Made by a program: the position numbers and the translations under genes. 64,000 nucleotides of DNA from positions 21,149 through 85,148 of IMG/VR virus record IMGVR_UViG_3300027811_000039; one strand, written 5' to 3'. Each line of letters starts with the position of its first letter. Position 1 is the stretch's first letter. The notes below the pieces were generated by a model that worked only from the letters and a program-made list of their open reading frames with translations, ran no database searches and was not told where the DNA came from. Origin of the DNA: a virus. Positions 17,244 through 26,217 of the stretch are shown here, in pieces.

Positions 17244-18077
17244 TCAGAATTGATTAGGCCATTTGTGACCGTAGTCGGCGATTAGTTCCGGTGGGCATGG
17301 GCCGACTAAGGATATAAATTTATCTACATCATCTTTAGTTATGGTAATACGCATTCCTTGACCAGAAATTTTATTACTTTTGGTTATCGTGGAATGAATT
17401 CCCAAATTACTAAGACCTTTAACAAGTATTTCCTGATCTTTCAAAGGGAAATAATTGGTGTACAAAGTTAGTCTAGTTCGGTATTTTTCTTCAGTTCTAC
17501 TACCATCGCCAAGATACCAATGCAATAACATCCTCGGAGTTAAAACTAAATCTGCTGGCACACGCTTTTTTGGCTTGTACCAGCGTTTTTTCATCTCTCC
17601 TAAGATTGGAATATGGACGCTCCTGAATTGATATAATTCCGAAGCATTCATTTTTGAACCTTTATTTATTCCACCTGACATAATTTTTTCCTCCGCAGGA
17701 CGAATACCCATGGGACTTGTTGGTAATCCATTTAATTTAAATTCTTCCTTCAACCATTCCATATGATTTAAAGAAATAGAACCATGACCATAACCAGCAG
17801 AAAGCTTACTCGGAGTAAATATTAAACTACCATCTCCCAATAAATTACCTTCAAGTATCTCTCTTAATGGTTCCGTAATTTCAATAAATTGATTTTCACC
17901 AAGACAAGCACGTTGTCGTCCAAGACTGTGGGAAATTTCAAAACCATTTTGTTTAAGATACTTACTAATAACTTCCCGATCTGTTCCAACTTCTTTTGAT
18001 ATTGCCCTGAGTGATAAACCTTTGTTATGGTATTCAATTATTTCCTGAATTTTTTCTGGTGACAGAACTTTTGCCAT
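17244..18077 (-). CDS. Free-standing LAGLIDADG homing endonuclease with N-terminal HTH
   Basis: ILEGNLLGDGSL and LLHWYLGDGS motifs. Start at ATG 18077 (AGGGGGAG RBS). Confidence 0.85.
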   Translation of the reverse strand: MAKVLSPEKIQEIIEYHNKGLSLRAISKEVGTDREVISKYLKQNGFEISHSLGRQRACLGENQFIEITEPLREILEGNLLGDGSLIFTPSKLSAGYGHGSISLNHMEWLKEEFKLNGLPTSPMGIRPAEEKIMSGGINKGSKMNASELYQFRSVHIPILGEMKKRWYKPKKRVPADLVLTPRMLLHWYLGDGSRTEEKYRTRLTLYTNYFPLKDQEILVKGLSNLGIHSTITKSNKISGQGMRITITKDDVDKFISLVGPCPPELIADYGHKWPNQF

Positions 18078-18137
18078 ATTAACTCCCCCTCTGTCACCCA
18101 TTGTACTCCACCAATGGATACAATTCAAGTTGGAATT

Positions 18138-18629
18138 TTAGGTAAGATCAATTATACCGGCTGTACTCCAGCTTATAGTTAGATCTCCACCATTTGTTAC
18201 GACTGGGAAGCCACTATCAATATAACAAATCAAGGTAGTCCCAGTATCACTAGTAGTAGATCCAGCACCACCCTCTCTGATTAATATAGCTGATCCAGCA
18301 GTTCCAGCATCAATTCCTGTCCAAGTTATATCTGTGGCATCAAATACAGCCCTGTTATTAGTATTATCTTGGGTGAGCGTTTTGGATGCTAATGTCTTTC
18401 TTCCTGTAGATGCACCAATACCATTGTCATACCCTGTACCATTTAATTCATAGGATTCTGGATCTGCTGTTGTCCCAAAAGAAAAGGTATTATGATCTGG
18501 ATTAACCGTGTAGCCAGTTGAGATTAGAGCGACTTTAACGGTATCCGAGAGTAGATCAATATGATCCAATTGACCACTAGATGGAGCAACCGCGAACTTT
18601 TTAAATCTGTTATACACTGTGTTTGCCAT
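18138..18629 (-). CDS. Minor tail/virion structural protein
   Basis: N..YN.FK...DL.SDT+KVAL...GY..G...L......+FDA.D+TW...L+.YID...NGGD.T+.W pattern seen in phage minor tail proteins. Confidence 0.6.
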   Translation of the reverse strand: MANTVYNRFKKFAVAPSSGQLDHIDLLSDTVKVALISTGYTVNPDHNTFSFGTTADPESYELNGTGYDNGIGASTGRKTLASKTLTQDNTNNRAVFDATDITWTGIDAGTAGSAILIREGGAGSTTSDTGTTLICYIDSGFPVVTNGGDLTISWSTAGIIDLT

Positions 18630-18663
18630 TTTTTAAAACCCCTTTCAAAATAATAATAATAAT

Positions 18664-19971
18664 TTAGACATTGGTAACTGTTGGTACTGGTAACGTGAAA
18701 TTAATTACCGCTGAATCAGGATGGTAAGATATAACTTCTCTTGTTGTTCCATTTATTACACCATCATTAGTGCCATTATTAAGGGCATTAAAAGCAGTCA
18801 CTCCACTAATCTCATCTAATTTCCAATATCCAACTAGGTTGCTTGAATTAGGATCTACTGAACCCATCATATTGGCTGAAATTTGAGGTTGACTTCTAGC
18901 CACATCCCAAATACGTACTTCATCAATGAATCCTTCATAGCCAAGGAAAACTGGGCCACCATTTTCATATATCCCAAAATACAGATCGCGTGTATTATGT
19001 GATATAGTTCCAACTATTGGAGTTGTAACTCGGGCTACTCCATCAACATAAAATATGACATTAGCCCCATCATATGTGGTAGCTAAATGATGGATAATAT
19101 TCGTATCCCAGCTGGTAATATTAAAAATTTGCTCTATCACCGTAACCCCAACAACAAGTCTTGAAACCACTGTACCTTGTGTAGCTCGCGTAAAATATTC
19201 ATATCCTATTGCAAAAGTATCGGAATATTTATGGATGATTCTTGGGGTTGCTGTTGCTTGTAATCCAACAATGGTATTCAATCTAGTCCGACATTCTACT
19301 GTAATTGCTGCCGTTGGCTCAATGGTCGTAGTTCTAGGAATTTGGATGTAATCAGTATTTGAACCATCAAAATTATAACCATAGTAGACCTTTTGTGCGA
19401 CATTAATTACTATAGGGTTGAGTGTTTCTGCTGAAAAATTTAATAAATTTGATGCAGGCCCAAGTGTAATATGCGTATTATCAGATTCATACCACACCCA
19501 ATTGAAATCAACGACCTGTGCCGTGAGTGATCCATTAGTTATCCTAATGGCATAACTCATCTCTTGGTCTAGGATAAATTCCGGTTCCGCTTGATTCCAT
19601 TCAAGCAATGGAATAAGGAAAATATCTTCAAGGATTGTTCCCACGCCAGTTAGTGTTGAATCAGTATATATTTCGATAGTTGGAACAACATTACTTGAAT
19701 ATTTACTGTTAAACACTGGGGAAGTTGTTACCCCTATGGCGAATGTCGCATTTTCATTAACCGTGATACTAATCAATGGTGCATACGTTATGATATGCCT
19801 ACATGTTAAATGGACAAACTTATCTTTTCCTACTACAATTTGAAGATCTAGTGTGCTAGAACCGGGTATTGTTATTTGTTTTACCCAACTAAAAGTTGAA
19901 CCAGAAAATAAAAATTGGAGTTCATAAATAGTTGGGCGTGATACTCCTAGATACCCACCATTCAAATTCAA
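18664..19971 (-). CDS. Virion protein: beta-sandwich paralog domain fused to a LamG/ConA-like domain
   Basis: N-terminal ~170 aa resembles 20022-21028 (ends DFNWVWYESDN). C-terminal LamG resembles 14271-16727. Confidence 0.7.
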   Translation of the reverse strand: MNLNGGYLGVSRPTIYELQFLFSGSTFSWVKQITIPGSSTLDLQIVVGKDKFVHLTCRHIITYAPLISITVNENATFAIGVTTSPVFNSKYSSNVVPTIEIYTDSTLTGVGTILEDIFLIPLLEWNQAEPEFILDQEMSYAIRITNGSLTAQVVDFNWVWYESDNTHITLGPASNLLNFSAETLNPIVINVAQKVYYGYNFDGSNTDYIQIPRTTTIEPTAAITVECRTRLNTIVGLQATATPRIIHKYSDTFAIGYEYFTRATQGTVVSRLVVGVTVIEQIFNITSWDTNIIHHLATTYDGANVIFYVDGVARVTTPIVGTISHNTRDLYFGIYENGGPVFLGYEGFIDEVRIWDVARSQPQISANMMGSVDPNSSNLVGYWKLDEISGVTAFNALNNGTNDGVINGTTREVISYHPDSAVINFTLPVPTVTNV

Positions 19972-20021
19972 TAAAATTCACCTCTAATCTAACAAAGGAA
20001 TTTAATTTCTAAAAACAAATT

Positions 20022-20522
20022 TTAATTACTTGATTCATACCAAACAAATGTAAAATCTGCTGGCGTTGCTCCACCAGAATTTGCAATTGTCATCAGGTAA
20101 CTAGTATTTGTCTTTAATATTATTTCAGGTGCCAATTGAACACTAGCAGTATTTGCAACAAGCTTTATGGTTTCAAGATTAATCGGTGCCGTTGCTCCAC
20201 CAGTGGAAGTAGTTGGTGCGGTATTAATCGCAGCAGTAACTGCCGTATCATTAATTCGATTTACGTTAGTTATGCCTGTAGCAAGTATCCCATCTGCCTT
20301 TATGCCATTTTCATTAAATATAAAACTCAACCCTGTACTTGCAGTCTGTAAATTCCTAGCTATTAGATGAACTATTTTCCCAGTGCTAGTTTTTAACTGA
20401 AAATTAGTATTGCCATTTGGAAATGATTGCTGATATTGCCACTTAAACATAGCACCAGCAAAAACAAATTGTGCGGTATAAGGAGTATCCCTAAATGGAG
20501 TTAGACTTAATCCACCTATCAT
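20022..20522 (-). CDS. Virion beta-sandwich protein, paralog B
   Basis: FR.TPY..QF.FAG.M..WQY...F..GNTN.QLKT...APEIILK..T.Y.M.I.NSG...DF.FVWYES.N. Confidence 0.65.
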   Translation of the reverse strand: MIGGLSLTPFRDTPYTAQFVFAGAMFKWQYQQSFPNGNTNFQLKTSTGKIVHLIARNLQTASTGLSFIFNENGIKADGILATGITNVNRINDTAVTAAINTAPTTSTGGATAPINLETIKLVANTASVQLAPEIILKTNTSYLMTIANSGGATPADFTFVWYESSN

Positions 20523-20545
20523 TTTTAAATAGCACCCCCCTCCTC

Positions 20546-21028
20546 TTAATTATCCGATTCATACCACACGAATCCAAAATCAATCACAGCATCTACGGCT
20601 CCTGAATTAGTAATCTTCATAATATAATCCGTATCACTTTTTAAAATTATTTCCGGTGACTCTTGTACGAATGGACTCCCTGAAACCAAAAGAACATCAT
20701 CAATGATCGTTCCACTTGTCGCACTTGGATTCGTATAAATTTTAAATGCCGAAGTAGAATTAACATTTCTATTCACATTAAAAAATGCAAGTGCAGATGT
20801 CCCTTGTACACTGATAACAGAATCTTGAATAAACTGAAAGACTAAAGCCGTACTGGATGTCAGCAATGTCCTATTTATGAAATGAATAATTTGAGTTGGT
20901 GGAGTTTTTAATTGATAGTTTGTATTTCCGGGTACAAATGTTGAACTATATTGCCATTCATACATTTTTCCAGCAAATGCAAACTGCAGATTGTATGGAG
21001 TATGTCGAAAAGAAGTTAGACTGAACAT
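20546..21028 (-). CDS. Virion beta-sandwich protein, paralog A
   Basis: Same motif set as 20022-20522. Confidence 0.65.
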   Translation of the reverse strand: MFSLTSFRHTPYNLQFAFAGKMYEWQYSSTFVPGNTNYQLKTPPTQIIHFINRTLLTSSTALVFQFIQDSVISVQGTSALAFFNVNRNVNSTSAFKIYTNPSATSGTIIDDVLLVSGSPFVQESPEIILKSDTDYIMKITNSGAVDAVIDFGFVWYESDN

Positions 21029-21052
21029 TATTACTTATCAACTCCTTTCCTT

Positions 21053-21406
21053 TTAACTTTTAATTTCAATGACATGTGGACTTACTGTGCCAGTAAATGC
21101 AATTGCATAAACCTTTTGACTTTTAGTTGGATCTAATCTAATTGTCGCTGATGTTCCAGAATCAACTAAAAATCCATCTACCGTATTAAGACTTGTTGTG
21201 TTTTTTATAAAAAATAATCCCGAGGTATCATTTTCTATAAACAGAGTATGCCTCTCACTTAATGTAGTGGTACCAGATTTTAATTCTGTGACTGCTGTGG
21301 TAGTTAACGCTACTGTGCCTATTCTAGTTCCAGATCCCCAACATTCATTATCTAAGATAGTCCCATAACCCCTATGATTCGCTGGTGCTGGTGGAGTAAA
21401 AGGCAT
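21053..21406 (-). CDS. Putative virion protein
   Basis: Thr-rich beta-strand protein in the tail module. Confidence 0.55.
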   Translation of the reverse strand: MPFTPPAPANHRGYGTILDNECWGSGTRIGTVALTTTAVTELKSGTTTLSERHTLFIENDTSGLFFIKNTTSLNTVDGFLVDSGTSATIRLDPTKSQKVYAIAFTGTVSPHVIEIKS

Positions 21407-21425
21407 TCCAAAAACCTCCTTCTCT

Positions 21426-21848
21426 TTAAAATTTATCTAACCATCGGCATCCAATACCGATGGCACTTGCTCCCGATGAAAACGCTGTAAAAGAAAGTGT
21501 TTCACCCGGTAAAGACAACATGATGTAATCAGACATATCAATACTTTGGCTACCAGTTTTTCCTAATTTAATTGGAAAAACCAAAGTTCCACCACTTACA
21601 CTTGTGGCTGCAATATCATAGATACTTGTTACAGCACCACCTCCAGTGGCAGCACTAATTGTGTCATACGAAGAAACTCCAACTTGAAATGAAACAGTGA
21701 CTTCATCCAACTTTGATCCAGTTATAGTATCTCCAAATACTGAATACTGAGGCCCTTTTTTGGATGCATCTCGTAATACTTGCCCATTATATATAGCTTC
21801 TGAAGCATTCCTATGATTTTGTGGAGGTACAAATGCTGTCACTTTCAA
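21426..21848 (-). CDS. Putative virion protein
   Basis: N-terminus F.PP.NHR resembles that of 21053-21406. Confidence 0.55.
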   Translation of the reverse strand: MKVTAFVPPQNHRNASEAIYNGQVLRDASKKGPQYSVFGDTITGSKLDEVTVSFQVGVSSYDTISAATGGGAVTSIYDIAATSVSGGTLVFPIKLGKTGSQSIDMSDYIMLSLPGETLSFTAFSSGASAIGIGCRWLDKF

Positions 21849-21858
21849 TCCCTCCTTT

Positions 21859-24213
21859 TTAAAACTGTAATCGTTTAATCCTTAATCTTGTCATTCTCTC
21901 TGAGGAATTTATAGTTGTCGCAAGAGATGCGAATCCAACAAGTCTAACCGTAGAACCTGACTCTATATACATAGTAACGGATCCATTAGTCATACTGTCA
22001 CTCTCCATTGCATTATGATAACTTAATGCTGCTCTGTTAATACCATTGATTTCCACAAAGTGTTCTACTAAACCACCAGTTATTCCTGCTCCCCACCTAA
22101 CAGCACAATCAATATGATATATCCCATTACGTCTAGGACGGAATATTCCATTTGCTGTACTCCACTCACGAAGGGGATCATTTATTTTTTGGGCTGATGT
22201 AACCCCTGATGGATCAAATTGAGTTGATAATTTTTTCAGATTGAGTGCGAATGATGTCCCTGCTGGTGCCACTTGTTTGGAACTTGGATATGTTTGAATA
22301 TATGTGTTCCTATTGAAATATCCAAAAGCACCATTTTGAGCACCCCATAAAGCTGATTCAGGTTGATATGATACTGGTTGTTCGGTAGGAGTTAATTGAA
22401 CCGCATCCACCAAATACCTCATATTTGGATTAGCACTACTCTGAGTCATCGAAACCTCTAGATATACTGTACTCGTCGGGAGATTCCTTATATTTGGAAT
22501 AGCTACTCTTGTCCATTTATACCAATTTGCCGATGTTGCCAATAAATCATAATCCGCAATCCCTACCCTAGATATCCTATGTGCAATTCCTCCTATGAAA
22601 TCCATCGCCCATACTTCTAATCTTGCTTTTCCATCAACAGTAGTCCCCGGGAAAGAAGATATATAAGCACTATAAGAATACGGCCCATTTAACTCAATTG
22701 TCTCATTTATGAACGCTAACTGTTTTGGATTCCTCCTACTACTTCCAACTACAAGAGCTTGGAAATCATTCGGTGTCCTATTTTCCTGTGTCATTCCAGC
22801 AAGGCCATTCAGTAATTCTGATGTAAATCTTGGTGCTGGTGTTACTGCTGTGGTCATTGTGCTAGGTGATGTCGTGTTACCCCAATACCATGTATTGATA
22901 TTGGTATTCAACGGTCTAGCTACCGCATATGTTCCTTCTGCGTCAGGTGTTGATTCTGTTGATCTCATTAACTCAAAACTATGATCCTTAACCATATTTC
23001 CAGAATACGCATTTTCTTCCCATACACCTTGACGGTTATCAAACTTGAATTTATGCTCTTGAATCTTAGCACCATCTGTAAATGTTATCTTTCTTGTCTG
23101 GTTTTGAAGGGTAATTTGCGTCTGTTCAGGTTCCGAATAATTATAGGTTATCTCTTGAATCCTAGTCGTAAATTCAATATCTGGATTTATTAAATGATCA
23201 ATAACATTTACGACATCACCCAATCGTGCTGCCTCAAATCCATGACCAGTTAGAATTTCCAGATCAAGTGCTGTCATTTTATACTCAAGGCGTGGAGAAT
23301 TATTACTCTGTAATGCACTCCATGTTTCCTCTAATAATAATTCTGGATCATTTTGATCTGGATTAGAATAGAATCCCAACCTATTCCTTGTTCCATTTGA
23401 TCTTCCATATGCTGCCTTTGCTACTGGATCCTCAACATAAGTTTGCGTTATTGGTTTATCCGCAGGATCTCCACCTATTGTTGTCCACAATACATTGCCA
23501 AAATCCAACCGTCTAATGCCGCCGGGAATTTCTTGAGCTTTTCCATATCCGTATAATGCTGTTTTCAGCTCATAAGTTTCCACATTTCTTTCAAGACTAA
23601 CAATATCCTTGCTATATTCAAACCGTTTTCCATTATCAGATCCAACTTGTGAAACAAGGTCAATAAAACGCCCTGAAATGGAACCATTTGCTGTTAATGT
23701 TACCCTGAATTGCCATTCCAATCCGAACACCTGAGTTAATGCATATATCGCTTCTGTTTTACTACTTAATTCTGCCTTTATGGATTCAGTTCCAGTTGTT
23801 GCTATAGACCCAGCCACCCACCTTGAAGTAGTACCAAATGCTAATATTGCTGCTAATGTTGCAGTTGCATCTTGTTCCGAAACTATCAAATAACTGATAA
23901 ACTCATCATTCATCTCTGTTATAAATTGATGTTCACAAGTAACTTTCTTGATAACTTCATCGCCATGTTCTTCTGCCATTTTGACTATTTCAAAGAGTTG
24001 AACTGCTTCATCTTTATCCTTAAATGCCACCAAATTACCTTCAATAACAAATTCGGAATCTGGATGATCCCCCGGTACTGTAAAAGTAAATGTATTTTCC
24101 GCATTAATCTGAACATAATGCAAGGCATCCCAAAATGGGCATGGGCCATAAACTACATCATTTAAAACAGCCAGAACATATTCTGTTTGACCATCAAGAA
24201 TTGTTAAATCCAT
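21859..24213 (-). CDS. Tal/tail-spike hub (prophage tail endopeptidase-like, minor structural protein)
   Basis: Follows Dit. F+Y.K+I..+ER.V+..E+.TALYG.GK...PELLLE.T...L motif, with C-terminal accessory domains. Confidence 0.8.
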   Translation of the reverse strand: MDLTILDGQTEYVLAVLNDVVYGPCPFWDALHYVQINAENTFTFTVPGDHPDSEFVIEGNLVAFKDKDEAVQLFEIVKMAEEHGDEVIKKVTCEHQFITEMNDEFISYLIVSEQDATATLAAILAFGTTSRWVAGSIATTGTESIKAELSSKTEAIYALTQVFGLEWQFRVTLTANGSISGRFIDLVSQVGSDNGKRFEYSKDIVSLERNVETYELKTALYGYGKAQEIPGGIRRLDFGNVLWTTIGGDPADKPITQTYVEDPVAKAAYGRSNGTRNRLGFYSNPDQNDPELLLEETWSALQSNNSPRLEYKMTALDLEILTGHGFEAARLGDVVNVIDHLINPDIEFTTRIQEITYNYSEPEQTQITLQNQTRKITFTDGAKIQEHKFKFDNRQGVWEENAYSGNMVKDHSFELMRSTESTPDAEGTYAVARPLNTNINTWYWGNTTSPSTMTTAVTPAPRFTSELLNGLAGMTQENRTPNDFQALVVGSSRRNPKQLAFINETIELNGPYSYSAYISSFPGTTVDGKARLEVWAMDFIGGIAHRISRVGIADYDLLATSANWYKWTRVAIPNIRNLPTSTVYLEVSMTQSSANPNMRYLVDAVQLTPTEQPVSYQPESALWGAQNGAFGYFNRNTYIQTYPSSKQVAPAGTSFALNLKKLSTQFDPSGVTSAQKINDPLREWSTANGIFRPRRNGIYHIDCAVRWGAGITGGLVEHFVEINGINRAALSYHNAMESDSMTNGSVTMYIESGSTVRLVGFASLATTINSSERMTRLRIKRLQF

Positions 24214-24234
24214 AATCTAACACTTCCCCTTTTC

Positions 24235-26196
24235 TTAAAGCCAACGCGGAGTATATTCCAACGTGATTATTGCAGCTGTATCATTTGATAGGAAATAATG
24301 ATCTCCTGTTAATACTGGGAATTGAGACTGAGCACTAACGAATTGCATAATACTCTCCGTTGTAAGGAAAAAATTATTAGCATAAGAGCCACTTGTATTT
24401 ATTTGGAATGCATCATACGTCGATCCTGTTGTTAATATTTCAAATCTACTTGTCGTGGGATAAATATCTAATCGAAGATATGTTGATGCCAATGTTTGGT
24501 GGAATGTAATGACTGGATAACCATAAGCAGATCCCTCATTTGATACTAAAGTTCCATATAGAGTTTCATCCCAAGTATATTTAACTGATGCTTTTGTATC
24601 CTTGATCAATGGTTTTCTAAGTTTCCACGAATCATCAATATCCGTATCATTTCTGATAATCTGACTAAATCTCACATCTTCATAACAAGCATTGACCCTA
24701 TATGCTGTACTATTTGAAACCGAACCCACCCAAGCAGTTGAAAATGCTGTCATCTTCGGTGGCCTTATTGATGTCGCAGAAGTAATCTGATACGAAGTAT
24801 TATTTTCAAGATCAACCAATGTCACTTTCATTAATCCAGTTACTGCCGATCCCGTCAGATACCATCGTGCAGCTAAATAATATGGTCTACCAACTACCAG
24901 ATCTACACCTATATCTAGATCAACTACTTTTTGTTGCAGACCAGTATTAGATATTTCAAATCTTACAACATCTTCACCAGATCCAAACCCAGTTCCATGT
25001 GATACAGCAATCCTGTCTATTGTCGGCCCTGCTGAAAAAAGACCCCAATCAAAGAATGCTCCGAACGTGGATGGTTGGCTTACTTTCTTGAAAAACATAT
25101 CAATGGAACCTTGTTGACCATTGAGTTTATTCGTAGGTTTTACTTTTAAGAATTCAACAGCCCTTGTTTGTCCACCCTTCATCCAACTTGACGAATATGC
25201 CTTACGTTCCAATTGCAACGCATCAAAATACACTTCCACACTTTGCTGGGAAGTTGTCAATATTTTTAAAACAACAGTTGTCGTTCCTGCTGCAGCCGTA
25301 AATGAAAGTTCAAGCCGTTGATATGCATTCCAATCCAATACCAAAGATGAACTATCAGTAGTCGTTGCTCCACCATTATTTTCTAAACTCTGGAGTTTTA
25401 CCATACCTTGTCCTCTTAAATAAACGCTAAACGTATAACTAAGCCCAGCAGTTATCGCAACAGCTACAATGGACGTTCCTTCAATTGCAGTAACCCCGGG
25501 AGTTCTCAGTTTCAATGTCTCCGAATCAATAAGTCCATATGCTCTCACATCATTCAAGGTTGTACCTGTTCCAATGGTCGTAAATTGGCTAGTTCCACTT
25601 GCTACAGAAGTTATTGCTGTGAGCATATTAGTAGTGTGTTCTTCAACATAAATTCCTTTATTATAAGCACAATCCTCAAATCTTGGTGCATTAGTACCCT
25701 TCTCAACAAATCCAAGTCCTGTCATATCTCTTGTATAAGCACTTGATGCCCTAATGAATGTTGCGGGTGCTTCTTGTGAAATAACATGAGTCAACGAACT
25801 TGTGGAATGGGAAACTCCATCTGGAACCAAGAATATTAGCGTCACTTTCCCAAATGAAAGTAATTGGTCGAACTTAGTCTCACTAGATAAAACTGCATAA
25901 TATAATCTATCTGTTTCATCATCCACTATCAATTCCTGCAATCCACCTTTAGGATCCAAGAAATTTGCAATCTTTTCAATTGTCTTTCTCAAATTAGGTT
26001 GATCTGAATCCTTAACCGTTATCTCGAAATCAACGGTTTTACTACTCAAATCATTCCTATAAAAATAAATACCGTCCCTATTCGGCACGGTTGCAGATCT
26101 CGTATTAATCGGTGGTGAAACATTCCGTTTAACTTTATTGATAATAATATCTTTATATTCTGACCTTATACCTCCAAACGAAAAACTAAATGCCAC
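24235..26196 (-). CDS. Distal tail protein (evolved Dit) with inserted carbohydrate-binding and LamG-like domains
   Basis: FSF.GI.SE...L+.DDE.DR.YYA...F+VPD N-terminus and ...+EYTPRWL C-terminus around insertions. Confidence 0.85.
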   Translation of the reverse strand: MAFSFSFGGIRSEYKDIIINKVKRNVSPPINTRSATVPNRDGIYFYRNDLSSKTVDFEITVKDSDQPNLRKTIEKIANFLDPKGGLQELIVDDETDRLYYAVLSSETKFDQLLSFGKVTLIFLVPDGVSHSTSSLTHVISQEAPATFIRASSAYTRDMTGLGFVEKGTNAPRFEDCAYNKGIYVEEHTTNMLTAITSVASGTSQFTTIGTGTTLNDVRAYGLIDSETLKLRTPGVTAIEGTSIVAVAITAGLSYTFSVYLRGQGMVKLQSLENNGGATTTDSSSLVLDWNAYQRLELSFTAAAGTTTVVLKILTTSQQSVEVYFDALQLERKAYSSSWMKGGQTRAVEFLKVKPTNKLNGQQGSIDMFFKKVSQPSTFGAFFDWGLFSAGPTIDRIAVSHGTGFGSGEDVVRFEISNTGLQQKVVDLDIGVDLVVGRPYYLAARWYLTGSAVTGLMKVTLVDLENNTSYQITSATSIRPPKMTAFSTAWVGSVSNSTAYRVNACYEDVRFSQIIRNDTDIDDSWKLRKPLIKDTKASVKYTWDETLYGTLVSNEGSAYGYPVITFHQTLASTYLRLDIYPTTSRFEILTTGSTYDAFQINTSGSYANNFFLTTESIMQFVSAQSQFPVLTGDHYFLSNDTAAIITLEYTPRWL

Positions 26197-26217
26197 TAAT
26201 AATCCCTCCTTTCTTTA

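Noticed and set aside
17244-18128. Group I intron or intein around the LAGLIDADG gene
   Set aside because: Both flanking genes have their own start and stop, and I could not identify P/Q/R/S core elements. Treated as free-standing.
14271-19971. Diversity-generating retroelement (template/variable repeat pair)
   Set aside because: No reverse transcriptase in the window. The repeats are all in-frame coding domains, and the differences I inspected are not confined to adenines.
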